Below are positions 1 to 9,927 of a stretch of DNA of 44,642 nt, piece by piece. Origin of the DNA: Promethearchaeota archaeon (GTDB taxonomy: Archaea > Asgardarchaeota > Lokiarchaeia > Sigyniarchaeales > SOKP01); NCBI GenBank assembly GCA_004524535.1, contig SDNY01000013.1:1-44642 (forward strand). Direction: 5' to 3'. The notes under the pieces were generated by a model. That model was not told where the DNA came from and ran no database searches. It was given only the letters and a program-made list of their open reading frames with translations. Made by a program: the position numbers and the translations under genes. Every line of letters starts with the position of its first letter. The stretch's first letter is position 1.

Positions 1-54
1 TATATTATTTGATTTCTTATTAGGACCTAGCTCCTTACTCGATTTTTGCGACAA
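1..54 (-). CDS. Possible 5' fragment of a CDS running off the left edge (TTG start, MSQKSSKELGPNKKSNNI...)
   Basis: Open frame from TTG at 54 to the window edge, read manually; too short to confirm. Confidence 0.25.
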   Translation of the reverse strand, partial: MSQKSSKELGPNKKSNNI

Positions 55-393
55 AATTTAAAATAGGATAATCAGAAATTTAGTCGGAATAAGATTTATA
101 ATTTTTAAAAATAAGGTTTATTTATAGATCTAAAAATAAACTCAAGAGAGAGATAAAATAAAAATAAAAAAAAATAGAGTTATGGAATTTTTTTCCAATT
201 TTTTTTCTCGGTTTACTTTAAAATTCCACTAGTAAATAATTTTTATCACACTTAAAGAGAATAAAAATAAGTGAGAAATTCAGGAGAAGTGGATATTGAT
301 TATTCAATAATTTCTTCATTAATTTCAAAATCTTACATTTATTACTAATAAGCAGATTAAATTTTTACTTTTACTTTTTGTTTCATTCTATTC

Positions 394-660
394 TTAATCA
401 CTTCTTCTTCTAGAATAACTTGGTCGAGGTCCTTTTTTAGTCACTACCACATCGGTCGCTTGTGGTCCCTTTTTCCCCTCAGTAATATTAAATTCGACTT
501 CGTCACCTTCAAAAATCTTTTTAAATTCTTCTTCATCCCCTTTAATTCCGCTATAGTGGACAAATACGTCTTGTGATCCGTCTTCGAGGGTGATAAAGCC
601 AAAACCCTTTCTAGAATCAAACCATTTAACTGTTCCTTTTTCCATTGTTCCTTTTTCCAT
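394..660 (-). CDS. cspA: Cold-shock domain protein
   Basis: GTVKWF, RNP1 KGFGFI, RNP2 VFVHYS, KGPQA; short basic C-terminal tail. The true start may be the second ATG (645). Confidence 0.95.
   Translation of the reverse strand: MEKGTMEKGTVKWFDSRKGFGFITLEDGSQDVFVHYSGIKGDEEEFKKIFEGDEVEFNITEGKKGPQATDVVVTKKGPRPSYSRRRSD
631..660. repeat. Perfect 15-bp tandem duplication (tgttcctttttccat x2) giving [10 protein letters not shown]
   Basis: 631-645 is identical to 646-660. Confidence 0.95.
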
Positions 661-673
661 TATTATATATTAG

Positions 674-747
674 ACAATTTATTTATCATTGTTTCAAAAC
701 AGAAACAATCATATCTAAAAAGGATTAGATTTCTAATAAATAATTGT
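674..747 (-). promoter_or_regulatory. Putative structured 5' leader of the cold-shock gene (three-way junction)
   Basis: Inverted repeats 688-695/702-709 and 713-718/725-730, enclosed by 674-686/736-747 (one bulge); TATA-like TTTATAA on the minus strand at 792-798. Confidence 0.4.
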
Positions 748-814
748 GTTTTTTTCTTTTTTTCATGCTATCAAATAACTCAAGATAAACCTTATAAACC
801 ACTGATCAACGGAA

Positions 815-1186
815 TTAATCGTTAAAATCGCCCAAATCGTTAAAATGTGAAATGTCACCAGTTAAGGCTTTATAACAAATGTCCATAATCCGTTCCATAA
901 TAGTATCTAAAACATCCCGAACTTTTATATAATTATCTTTATCCTGAAATTTCAAATCAATTTTTTGAGATTCCTCGTCAATATAGATTTCCATGGCAAT
1001 ATCTTCATTCAATCCACCAAACATCCTTAACATATCCCTTATTTCAGTTTCTTCTCCTAAGACTTCCTTTGACTTCTTATCTCCTTTTACTATAATGCTC
1101 AAAGTTAGGTCCTTTTCATTATGTTGAAATTCTATACTATCTTCAAACAATTGTTTCGCATTTCCAATAAATCGTTCCATTTTCAA
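815..1186 (-). CDS. Hypothetical acidic protein
   Basis: 123-aa ORF with natural composition filling the gap between recognisable genes; no motif recognised. Confidence 0.75.
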   Translation of the reverse strand: MKMERFIGNAKQLFEDSIEFQHNEKDLTLSIIVKGDKKSKEVLGEETEIRDMLRMFGGLNEDIAMEIYIDEESQKIDLKFQDKDNYIKVRDVLDTIMERIMDICYKALTGDISHFNDLGDFND

Positions 1187-1221
1187 TCATCTCTATAAAG
1201 TTGTTTTAATAATTTATTTTT

Positions 1222-3051
1222 TTAAATATCATTTCTAATTTTAATTGGAAGATCAATAAATGAAGTGTTTACAGCATTTCGACAAATGGTTATCACAGGT
1301 TTACCACCGTCTAGAGGATACTGTTTAAAAGTATCTTTATCCGCACCAGCGATGGCAAGTTTAAGTCTATAACCTTTGGGAATTAATGCGGAAGTTGGTC
1401 TAAATGCAAATGTAGCTTCGACTACTTCCCCAGGCACTAAAGGAGAAGAGTCTTTTTTCTTGAATGTGTGATAAGGACCCAACATCTTATATGGGGGAGT
1501 CTCTGTTGATAATTTTCTGTGAATAAGTCGTAAGTTCCCATCGGTAATATAATATATATTTCCATCTTCATCCAATACTTCCAAATATGCGAACACAGCT
1601 CCATCTTCGTGAGTCGAGGAGAGAAAAAGAGTAATAGTTGCATGACCCGTAATTTCTATGGTTTCCTTTAGAGGGGGACTAGTATAGCATAACAATTTTT
1701 TATCAGCTTTTTCTCTATTTGAGTAATCAATCGGGAGGCCTAATAGGGTCCACCAGCGATTCATCCTACCAGATGTAGCTCGGAAATTGATTTTATAATC
1801 ATCTTCACCAGTTTGATTTTCTGGTTTTGAAATATTTAACATATTTCCCTCATCCAAATACCATCTTTGTCGAGTAAATCCTTCGGGAGGCCAATTATGA
1901 GTTTTTTTCCATTTTTCCTCCTTCATGGTATAATAGTAGAGAGTTTTTCCTTGAATACCCTTACCATATATACAAGTATCGAAAAAATCGATCCATTTTT
2001 TAATTCTTTCTTCTGGTGTGGGTGAAACTTCTTTATCAGGTACCAATGGATTACCATTATAAACACCTCCATGGTTCCAATCCCCTATTATTGCTATTTG
2101 TGGGTTGTTTAAATTAATAAATCGATTAATAGTAGCATCGCAATAGGCTGAATCTAACCAAGAAACCCATCCTAAAATAGGAATATTAGATTTTTCAATT
2201 TCTTGTTTATATCGGTACGTGCTAATATCATCTATAGAAGTTCCATCAGGAAGTAGATCATCTCTGAAATCTTTATCGTTAGATAATTCATAAACATACT
2301 CGTTAGTAGCATGTTCTTGAATGGCTTCATTTAATAAACTTAGATCTGTATCAGAATCAATTGGTTTGACACCTTTCATTATTATCCACCCAATTGGTAA
2401 GAGTTGCTTGAAAGGAGCGGAATCATTGTTATCAAGTTTATTTCCCAGGAATGACCACAACCTCATAAAAGCTTCATCATAACACCCTCCTGGAGCAACA
2501 ACATCGGTAAAAGCATCCCAGAGAGCGTGCCCAGGCATTACAGCTTTCACTGCTGGATGATTATTCACTGCGAGCAAATCCGCCGTTGATCCTGTATATG
2601 ATATTCCATTTGATACAATATTTCCATCAGACCAGGGTTGAGAAATAATCCAATCGGCAATATCTGCTCCATCTTTAATTTCCTCCTTAGAGAAGGGATA
2701 AGGTCGAGTTCCATAGGAAGCTCCACATCCTCTCACATCAGTATAGACTATTGCATAACCATAATTTGTAAATAATCTAGGAGAGGGTGAATGTATTAAA
2801 GTTTCTTTAAACATCCATCTAAAAGGTACACGGAGCTTAGCTGCCCTCCAATAACGTGTTTGATACAATAATGTAGGTATTTTCTTTTCAGGAGATAATC
2901 CCTTTGGAAGGCAAATCGTAGAGGCAATCTTCACTCCATCACGCACCTTAATGTATATTGAACTAACGGCATAATCCTCATAAAGAGTTTTGTCAGTGGC
3001 TTTATCTAATGCCTTAAAAGGATTATTTTCTGAATTAGGAATCGCAACCAT
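1222..3051 (-). CDS. CocE/NonD family (S15-like) alpha/beta hydrolase
   Basis: VRDGVKI, TRY, DVRGCGASYG, nucleophile elbow GISYTG, GDWNHG; C-terminal jelly-roll (YTSPPL...EITG, GYRLKLAI). Confidence 0.9.
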   Translation of the reverse strand: MVAIPNSENNPFKALDKATDKTLYEDYAVSSIYIKVRDGVKIASTICLPKGLSPEKKIPTLLYQTRYWRAAKLRVPFRWMFKETLIHSPSPRLFTNYGYAIVYTDVRGCGASYGTRPYPFSKEEIKDGADIADWIISQPWSDGNIVSNGISYTGSTADLLAVNNHPAVKAVMPGHALWDAFTDVVAPGGCYDEAFMRLWSFLGNKLDNNDSAPFKQLLPIGWIIMKGVKPIDSDTDLSLLNEAIQEHATNEYVYELSNDKDFRDDLLPDGTSIDDISTYRYKQEIEKSNIPILGWVSWLDSAYCDATINRFINLNNPQIAIIGDWNHGGVYNGNPLVPDKEVSPTPEERIKKWIDFFDTCIYGKGIQGKTLYYYTMKEEKWKKTHNWPPEGFTRQRWYLDEGNMLNISKPENQTGEDDYKINFRATSGRMNRWWTLLGLPIDYSNREKADKKLLCYTSPPLKETIEITGHATITLFLSSTHEDGAVFAYLEVLDEDGNIYYITDGNLRLIHRKLSTETPPYKMLGPYHTFKKKDSSPLVPGEVVEATFAFRPTSALIPKGYRLKLAIAGADKDTFKQYPLDGGKPVITICRNAVNTSFIDLPIKIRNDI

Positions 3052-3173
3052 AATTTTCTCATTTCTTTTTGAATTAAATATTATATATGTAAAAGTTATT
3101 TATATAGTTTTAATCTAAATGTGCTTTTTTAAAAAAAAATCTTTTTTAACAATAAAGTTATTTTAAAATTACT

Positions 3174-5627
3174 ATGGTAAGTGAAAAACTACTTTATTTA
3201 GATCCCAGTCAACCTATTGAAAAAAGAGTTGATGATCTAATTTCAAGAATGACTATAGAAGAAAAAGTTGCTCAACTCGGATCTCAATATGCTCCATCGT
3301 TAATGGAACGGACTGAACTATCTCATGATAAAATGAATAAATTAATTGGCAAAGGAATTGGCCAAATCACTAGAATTGGTGGTACATTGAATATAACCCC
3401 GGAAGAATCTGTTAAAATTGCAAATGGTATCCAAAAATTTTTAAAGGAGCAAACTCGCTTAGGAATTCCTGCTATTGTTCACGAAGAGTGCTTATGTGGG
3501 TATACAGCTAAAAAAGCCACTATATTCCCTCAAATCATTGGTGTGGCATCTACATGGGAACCAGAATTAGTAGAAGCTATGACAACAAAGATTGGTGAAC
3601 AAATGCGTGTCGTTGGTGCCCATCAAGGATTATCTCCTGTTCTTGATATTGCGCGCGATCCTAGATGGGGTCGAACTGAAGAGACTTTTGGCGAAGATCC
3701 ATATCTTGTATCGCGGATGGGTGTAGCTTATGTAACAGGTCTACAAGGCGATTCTCTTCAAACGGGGATAATTGCTACCGGTAAACACTTTTTAGGTTAT
3801 GGATATTCTCAAGGGGGTAGAAATTGGGGTCCATCGTTTATCCCCAAAAGAGAATTACTTGAAGTGTTCGCAAAACCATTTGAAGCTGCAATTCACGAAT
3901 CTAATATAGGTTCAATTATGAACTCTTATTCCGAAATTGATGGAATTCCTTGTGGAATTTCCCGTGAAATTCTGACTAATTTATTACGCAACAAACTTGG
4001 TTTTAAAGGTATGGTTGTTTCGGATTACGTTACAATTGAATTAAACTGTAAAGTGCATCGAGTCGCTATGAATACTACAGAGGCTGCAATTCTTGCGTTT
4101 AATGCTGGTCTCGAAGTAGAGCTTCCAAGAACTGCTGGTTTTGGCAAACCATTTGTCAGAGCTGTTAAAAAAGGAAAGGTTAGCGAAGAAGCGTTGAATC
4201 AATCAGTTGCCCGTATATTAAAGAAAAAATTTGAACTTGGATTATTCGATAATCCGTATAGTAATGATGATCAAAAAAGAATCTTGAAAGTCTTTTCAAA
4301 TCCAGAGAATAAAAAATTAGCAAGTGAAATTGCTCGTAAATCCATAATTTTATTAAAAAATGAAGATAATCTTTTACCTCTCAACAAGGACTTAAAATCA
4401 ATTGCTTTAATTGGTCCTAATGCTAATAGTGTGCGTAATTTACTAGGTGATTATACATATGTAGGTCAATTCGAAGCTTCTGCGAGTAATGCTACAGGTG
4501 TAAGTGAGCTTGATGAGGAACAAATGGCTCTATTAAAACAATTATTTGATGATGAAGATCCGGACAAATTTACGAAAAATTCATGCGAAATTAAAAGCAT
4601 TTTAGAAGCTATAAAAGAAAAAGTTTCAAAAAACACTAAAGTCAATTATGCTAAAGGTTGTGAAATTCAAAGCGATGATAAAAGTGGATTTAAAGAGGCA
4701 ATTGAATTGGCAAAAAAATCGGAAGTTGTGATTCTAGTAGTAGGGGAAAAAGCAGGATTGACAAGGGGATGTACGAGTGGAGAATCTCGTGATCGTTCTT
4801 CATTAACTTTACCTGGCGTACAAGATGAGCTGGTTCGGGAGATTCATGCAACTGGCGCTTCAATCGTTTTGGTTTTAATAAATGGACGACCTCTATCAAT
4901 TTCTTGGGAAAAAGAAAACATTCCCGCTATATTAGAAGCATGGTTGCCCGGTGAAGAAGGTGGTGTTGCGGTTGCTGATGTTTTGTTTGGTGATTATAAT
5001 CCTGGAGGAAAATTACCAATCTCTGTTCCTCGAAGTGTAGGACAAATTCCGATTTATCATAACTGTAAACCTACGGGAGGAATTTCTGTATGGGCATGGA
5101 ACTATGTGGAAGAAAACACTACTCCTTTATTTCCCTTTGGATATGGCCTAAGTTATACTAAATTTGAATACGATAATTTGGTAATAAATAAGCAAAATGT
5201 CGACTCAAAAGATACCGTGGAAATTTCTGTTGATGTTAAAAATATTGGCAAAATTCGCGGGGATGAAGTGGTACAATTATATTTACACGATAACGAAGCA
5301 ACAGTTACACGTCCTTTGGAAGAATTATTCGGATTTAAAAGGGTAACCTTAGATCCTGGAGAAAAAGCTACAGTAATTTTCACAGTTTCAATGAAACAAC
5401 TTGGATTTTATAACGAAAACATGGAATATGTTGTAGAACCCGGGAACATTAGCGTTTACATTGGGAGCGTACATGCTAATCATGGCTCAGGATATTTAGA
5501 CTTAGGAGATATTTTTGCTCAAAAAGATGTGAAACTGAAAGGCAAATTTAAAATTACGGGTGAAACTATAGATTTGAGTAAAGATAAGGAATTCTTCTCT
5601 AAAATTGTTGTAAAAAAAAAGGAATAA
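3174..5627 (+). CDS. GH3 glycoside hydrolase (beta-glucosidase/beta-xylosidase type)
   Basis: RDPRWGRTEETFGEDP, KHF, nucleophile VSDY, LLKNE, AWLPGEEGG, PFGYGLSYT, Fn3-like C-terminus; no signal peptide. Confidence 0.95.
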   Translation: MVSEKLLYLDPSQPIEKRVDDLISRMTIEEKVAQLGSQYAPSLMERTELSHDKMNKLIGKGIGQITRIGGTLNITPEESVKIANGIQKFLKEQTRLGIPAIVHEECLCGYTAKKATIFPQIIGVASTWEPELVEAMTTKIGEQMRVVGAHQGLSPVLDIARDPRWGRTEETFGEDPYLVSRMGVAYVTGLQGDSLQTGIIATGKHFLGYGYSQGGRNWGPSFIPKRELLEVFAKPFEAAIHESNIGSIMNSYSEIDGIPCGISREILTNLLRNKLGFKGMVVSDYVTIELNCKVHRVAMNTTEAAILAFNAGLEVELPRTAGFGKPFVRAVKKGKVSEEALNQSVARILKKKFELGLFDNPYSNDDQKRILKVFSNPENKKLASEIARKSIILLKNEDNLLPLNKDLKSIALIGPNANSVRNLLGDYTYVGQFEASASNATGVSELDEEQMALLKQLFDDEDPDKFTKNSCEIKSILEAIKEKVSKNTKVNYAKGCEIQSDDKSGFKEAIELAKKSEVVILVVGEKAGLTRGCTSGESRDRSSLTLPGVQDELVREIHATGASIVLVLINGRPLSISWEKENIPAILEAWLPGEEGGVAVADVLFGDYNPGGKLPISVPRSVGQIPIYHNCKPTGGISVWAWNYVEENTTPLFPFGYGLSYTKFEYDNLVINKQNVDSKDTVEISVDVKNIGKIRGDEVVQLYLHDNEATVTRPLEELFGFKRVTLDPGEKATVIFTVSMKQLGFYNENMEYVVEPGNISVYIGSVHANHGSGYLDLGDIFAQKDVKLKGKFKITGETIDLSKDKEFFSKIVVKKKE

Positions 5628-5648
5628 AGAATTTTCTTAATTCTTATT

Positions 5649-6713
5649 TTATTTTATGTTACTATTAACTGATTTAATTCTTTTTTCTGCGTCATTGACA
5701 ATAGAACTAATTAAATCGGATACCTTTTCTATGCTTTTTATAATTCCAATACTTTGACCTAATAGAACTGCTCCATTCTCAGTGTCTCCTTCATATATAA
5801 CTCTGTAAGCCCTAGCTTCCTTTAAAAACTCTTCAATCGTTGTTTTGTTTTCCATAGCCATCTTTTCTTCTTTAGAACCAACTTTAGGATGAGATGCTGC
5901 GTACGGGTTTTTCCAAAGCCTTATTGGCCCAAACGCCCCTGTGGCTAATACAGTATCTTGAGCTCTTGCTGGAGGAACAATCTTTTTATAGGTTTCATGA
6001 AATTCGCTTTCTTTTGACGCGATAAATCTAGATCCCATTGCTACAGCTCCAGCACCTAAACTTAAAGCTGCGGCTAATGATCTGCCTGTAGCAAAACCTC
6101 CACACGCAACGATGGGAAAGTCCGGATATTTTTCTAAAACTTGTTGTAACAAGACCAAAGTACTTACTTCTTCATAGGACTGATGACCGCCCCCTTCAGT
6201 TCCCGTTATAACTATTCCGTCTACATTTGAAGCAACACACTTATCAGCAAGCCATAATGCTGGAGCTACATGAAAGTGTTTAATATTTGAGACCTCTCTT
6301 AATTTTTGGAAAGATTTTGATTGGGGTAACGTTTTAGAAGACCCTGCACTAGTTACTGCATAAATACATTGTTCTTTTAATTTTGGGTTATTCATGATAA
6401 ATTTAGGAATCTCTTTACACAATATGGCCGCATCCCTCTGTACCCTTGAGGTTCTAATATTAAAACCAAAGGGTTTATCTGTATGTTCTACAACCCTTTC
6501 CATACTTCTTTTCATTGCTTTAAGAGTCGCCTCTCTATCTGTCCATGTTTCTTTTTCAGGACGATCAAAATCAGATGCATGGCTTATTACACCAAGGCCT
6601 CCAGCTTCAGATACTGCTATTGTTAACTCAGTAGTATAAAAGGGACCCATCGGTGCAGCAATAATGGGATGTTTAATCCCTAACATTTTGGTGATATTTG
6701 TTTCAATTACCAT
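5649..6713 (-). CDS. Nitronate monooxygenase / FabK-like FMN oxidoreductase
   Basis: LGIKHPIIAAPM, VSEAGGLG, GTEGGGH, ACGG, ALSLGAGAVAMGSRF, GQSIG. Confidence 0.88.
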   Translation of the reverse strand: MVIETNITKMLGIKHPIIAAPMGPFYTTELTIAVSEAGGLGVISHASDFDRPEKETWTDREATLKAMKRSMERVVEHTDKPFGFNIRTSRVQRDAAILCKEIPKFIMNNPKLKEQCIYAVTSAGSSKTLPQSKSFQKLREVSNIKHFHVAPALWLADKCVASNVDGIVITGTEGGGHQSYEEVSTLVLLQQVLEKYPDFPIVACGGFATGRSLAAALSLGAGAVAMGSRFIASKESEFHETYKKIVPPARAQDTVLATGAFGPIRLWKNPYAASHPKVGSKEEKMAMENKTTIEEFLKEARAYRVIYEGDTENGAVLLGQSIGIIKSIEKVSDLISSIVNDAEKRIKSVNSNIK

Positions 6714-6794
6714 ACTAGTTTCTCCAAATATTTTTTAGTAATTTATTATAATTTGTTATTACTAAAATTTTTAAACTGAATTAATATAAAAAAC

Positions 6795-7934
6795 TTGGGT
6801 ATCATCATGTATTCTAAGCCAAAGAAAATAGGTAATTTAGAGATTAAAAATAGATTTGTTAGGTCAGCAACATATGAAGGTATGGCTACTGAAGAAGGAC
6901 ATGTGACAGAAAAACTTATAAAACTTTATAAAGAATTAGCTGAAGGGGGGGTTGGATTAATAATCACTGGTTATGCAACTGTTCAAAAAAGTGGAATGAC
7001 TTTCGATACACAAACAGGAGTATACAATGATGACTTTATATCAGGGCTAAGTAAAATCGCGGATACTGTCCATGAAAATAGTCAAGATTGTAAAATTGCT
7101 TTACAAATATCGCATTGTGGTCGTCAATCCCGTTATTTAGAAAACACAATAGCACCTTCTGCTGTTTTGGAGAAATTAACAAGAAAAATGCCAAAAGAAA
7201 TGACCATTGAAGAAATAAGAGAAACCATTGAAGCATTTTCTCAAGCAGTAAGGAGAGTAAAAGAAGCAGGATTTGACGCAGTCCAACTTCACGGCGCACA
7301 TGGATATCTGATTAATCAATTTTTATCACCCTATACAAATAAAAGAACAGACGAGTATGGAGGGAGTATTGAAAAAAGAATAAAGTTTGTTGAAGAAATT
7401 TATAATAGGAGTGTAGAATTAGTGGGAAAAGATTTTCCGATTTTAATAAAAATGAATGCTGTTGACTTTTTAGAAGGTGGACTTACAATAGAGGAGTCTA
7501 AGAAAATAGCAGAAAGACTTTCAAAAATCGGTTATGCTGCTATTGAAGTTAGCGCTTGCATGTGGGATACATGTAAACGAAGTAAAAAAGAACTTGGTTG
7601 GAAGCCTACTTTTTTACCTGAAAGCCGAACGTTTGTAGGAACTAAAAATGAGGTTGCCTATAACTTACCTTTTGCTAAAGAAATTAAAAAGGTGATAGAT
7701 ATTCCATTAATAGTAGTTGGTGGGATCAATTCACGAGACTTAGTTGAACAAATTTTAACGGAAGGAAGTGCAGATTTCATTGCTCTAAGCAGACCCTTGA
7801 TTCGAGAACCTGACTTACCAAATAGATGGCTAAAAGGAATTGGAGATTCTAAAGTTGAATGTCTTTACTGCAACGGTTGTTTGTCAAGCTTAATTACAAC
7901 AGGTTTACAATGTGTAAAGAAAGAACCATTATAA
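6795..7934 (+). CDS. NADH:flavin oxidoreductase (Old Yellow Enzyme family) with C-terminal Cys cluster
   Basis: KNRFVRSAT, GGVGLIITG, QISHCGR, HGAHGYL, NKRTDEYGGS, SRPLIREPDLP, CLYCNGC...C. Start may be ATG 6807. Confidence 0.92.
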   Translation: MGIIMYSKPKKIGNLEIKNRFVRSATYEGMATEEGHVTEKLIKLYKELAEGGVGLIITGYATVQKSGMTFDTQTGVYNDDFISGLSKIADTVHENSQDCKIALQISHCGRQSRYLENTIAPSAVLEKLTRKMPKEMTIEEIRETIEAFSQAVRRVKEAGFDAVQLHGAHGYLINQFLSPYTNKRTDEYGGSIEKRIKFVEEIYNRSVELVGKDFPILIKMNAVDFLEGGLTIEESKKIAERLSKIGYAAIEVSACMWDTCKRSKKELGWKPTFLPESRTFVGTKNEVAYNLPFAKEIKKVIDIPLIVVGGINSRDLVEQILTEGSADFIALSRPLIREPDLPNRWLKGIGDSKVECLYCNGCLSSLITTGLQCVKKEPL

Positions 7935-7942
7935 TGATAATG

Positions 7943-9739
7943 TTATTTATATAAGGGTCCATAATTTTTACATGCTCTATAATCTGCTCCCTCTAAATCT
8001 TTAGTTCCAAAAGCATTCCAAGTACTTGGTCTGAATATTTTCTCATCGAGAACATTATGCATACAAACTGGAATTCTGAGGATCGAAGCAAGAGTAATAA
8101 GATCAGAACCTATATGACCGTAAGAGATTGAAGCATGATTCGCACCCCAATTATTCATCACATCATAGACAGTTTTAAAAGCACCATTACCTGTTAATCG
8201 TGGAGCAAACCAAGTTGTAGGCCAAGTAGGATCAGTGCGTTCGTTGAGAGTTTTATGAATATCTTCGGGAAGATCAACCGTCCAGCCTTCAGCTAATTGA
8301 AGTACAAGTCCGAGACCTTTAACAATATTTACTCTTGATATAGTACAGGGCATTCCACCTATTGTAAGAAAATTTGTAGAAAATCCTCCGCCTCTAAAAT
8401 AGACCACTGTAGCAGCGTGCCAAGTAGTTGCATCGCAGCAGTTTTTCACATCCTCTTCGGTTATGTCACAGAATGGCTTAATTGCTGGTTTTCCATCAAT
8501 TAATTGTTGAGCACTTCCATCTAAAGCAGCTGATCCCGAATTAATTAAATGCAGAATTCCATTTTCGGCCCTTCCCGTTAAAACTTTTCCCGTTACTCTT
8601 TTAACTGCGGCAGGACTCCAGTAGGTGCGAACGTCTGCAAATATTTGAGCTGTTCCCGTTAAAAGATGCCCAAAAAGCATAGCAATCCCATTTAATGCGT
8701 CATTTTCAGTAGCTATCAAATAAGGTTGACGAATACCATTCCAATCAAAGGAAGAATTAAGTATTGCTTCTAAGAAATCTCCATTTGGCATCCAATCAGT
8801 CCAGTGTCTTTGCCCTTGAAATCCAGATACAATAGCATTATGACCAAGCGATTCTTCTCCAAATCCTAATTCTTTTAACTTTGGATTCCCTATCATGAGA
8901 TCCCTAACAATCATAGCACTTTTAACAACAATTTCCCACTCTTTATCTTTTTGCTCCCTTGATTTTTGCTGTTCAGGAGGATTATGATCTGTTCCTTCTT
9001 TACAATTTTCTTTTACCCAAGTAAGAGCCCTCTCAAACTCAGCGGAATCATAAATGCCCTCTTTTAATCTCCTATTCACTTCGGACATATCAACATATTC
9101 ATTACGCATACCTAAATACTCTTGAAAGTATTGCTCCATAACAATTGACCCTGCAATACCCATTGAGACCGAACCGACAGAAAGATAGGACTTATCTCTC
9201 ATCCAAGCAACAGCTAAACCCGCCTTGGCAAATCGTAATAACTTTTCTTTAACATCATCTGGAATGGTATTATCATTAGCCTCTTGAACATCTTGCCCAT
9301 ATATCCCAAATGCAGGTATTCCCTTTTGAGTATGAGCTGCTAAAACTGCAGCAAGATATACTGCTCCGGGTCGCTCAGTCCCATTAAACCCCCAAATTGC
9401 TTTGGGAATGAAAGGAGTCATATCCATAGTTTCTGCACCATAACACCAGCTGGGGGTAACCGTTATAGAAAGCCCTACATTTTCGCTCTGAAATTTCTGA
9501 GCACATTCTACGGCCTCAGCTACACCCCCAATTGTAGAATCTGCGATTATGGATTCTACATCCACACCATTAGGATGTTTTAAATTAGATGAGAGGAAAT
9601 CGGCACATAGTTTCGCCATTTCCATAGTTTGTTCTTCGAGAGCATCCCGAACACCCATTTCTCTTCCATCTATTGTAGGTCGTATACCAATTTTTGGAAT
9701 AGATCCTCTCAATCGCTTCTTACCAATATATTTTTCCAT
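7943..9739 (-). CDS. fucI: L-fucose isomerase
   Basis: [73 protein letters not shown]: hallmark FucI sequence throughout. Confidence 0.96.
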   Translation of the reverse strand: MEKYIGKKRLRGSIPKIGIRPTIDGREMGVRDALEEQTMEMAKLCADFLSSNLKHPNGVDVESIIADSTIGGVAEAVECAQKFQSENVGLSITVTPSWCYGAETMDMTPFIPKAIWGFNGTERPGAVYLAAVLAAHTQKGIPAFGIYGQDVQEANDNTIPDDVKEKLLRFAKAGLAVAWMRDKSYLSVGSVSMGIAGSIVMEQYFQEYLGMRNEYVDMSEVNRRLKEGIYDSAEFERALTWVKENCKEGTDHNPPEQQKSREQKDKEWEIVVKSAMIVRDLMIGNPKLKELGFGEESLGHNAIVSGFQGQRHWTDWMPNGDFLEAILNSSFDWNGIRQPYLIATENDALNGIAMLFGHLLTGTAQIFADVRTYWSPAAVKRVTGKVLTGRAENGILHLINSGSAALDGSAQQLIDGKPAIKPFCDITEEDVKNCCDATTWHAATVVYFRGGGFSTNFLTIGGMPCTISRVNIVKGLGLVLQLAEGWTVDLPEDIHKTLNERTDPTWPTTWFAPRLTGNGAFKTVYDVMNNWGANHASISYGHIGSDLITLASILRIPVCMHNVLDEKIFRPSTWNAFGTKDLEGADYRACKNYGPLYK

Positions 9740-9789
9740 ATTTTATATCCTAAATTTCAATTTGTTATATATGAATTAATAACTTATAT

Positions 9790-9810
9790 AATAATTCAGA
9801 ATGAATTATT
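9790..9810. promoter_or_regulatory. Inverted repeat AATAATTCA-GAA-TGAATTATT, candidate operator between divergent fucI and dehydrogenase/larA
   Basis: Perfect 9-bp arms with a 3-bp spacer; the AT-rich context weakens its significance. Confidence 0.3.
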
Positions 9811-9927
9811 TAAGTAGTTTAACCTCAATGGAAGTAGTTATAATGGAAATTTTTTTTTATAACAAATAGAATTTTTAATATTCAATCGTTTAAAATCTTA
9901 ATAACGCTTAAAAATGAATTTTCAGCT

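Noticed and set aside
684-713. SECIS or kink-turn-like AUGA...UGAU around the csp leader hairpin
   Set aside because: The helix is too short, there is no apical AAR, and no adjacent ORF shows an in-frame Sec TGA.
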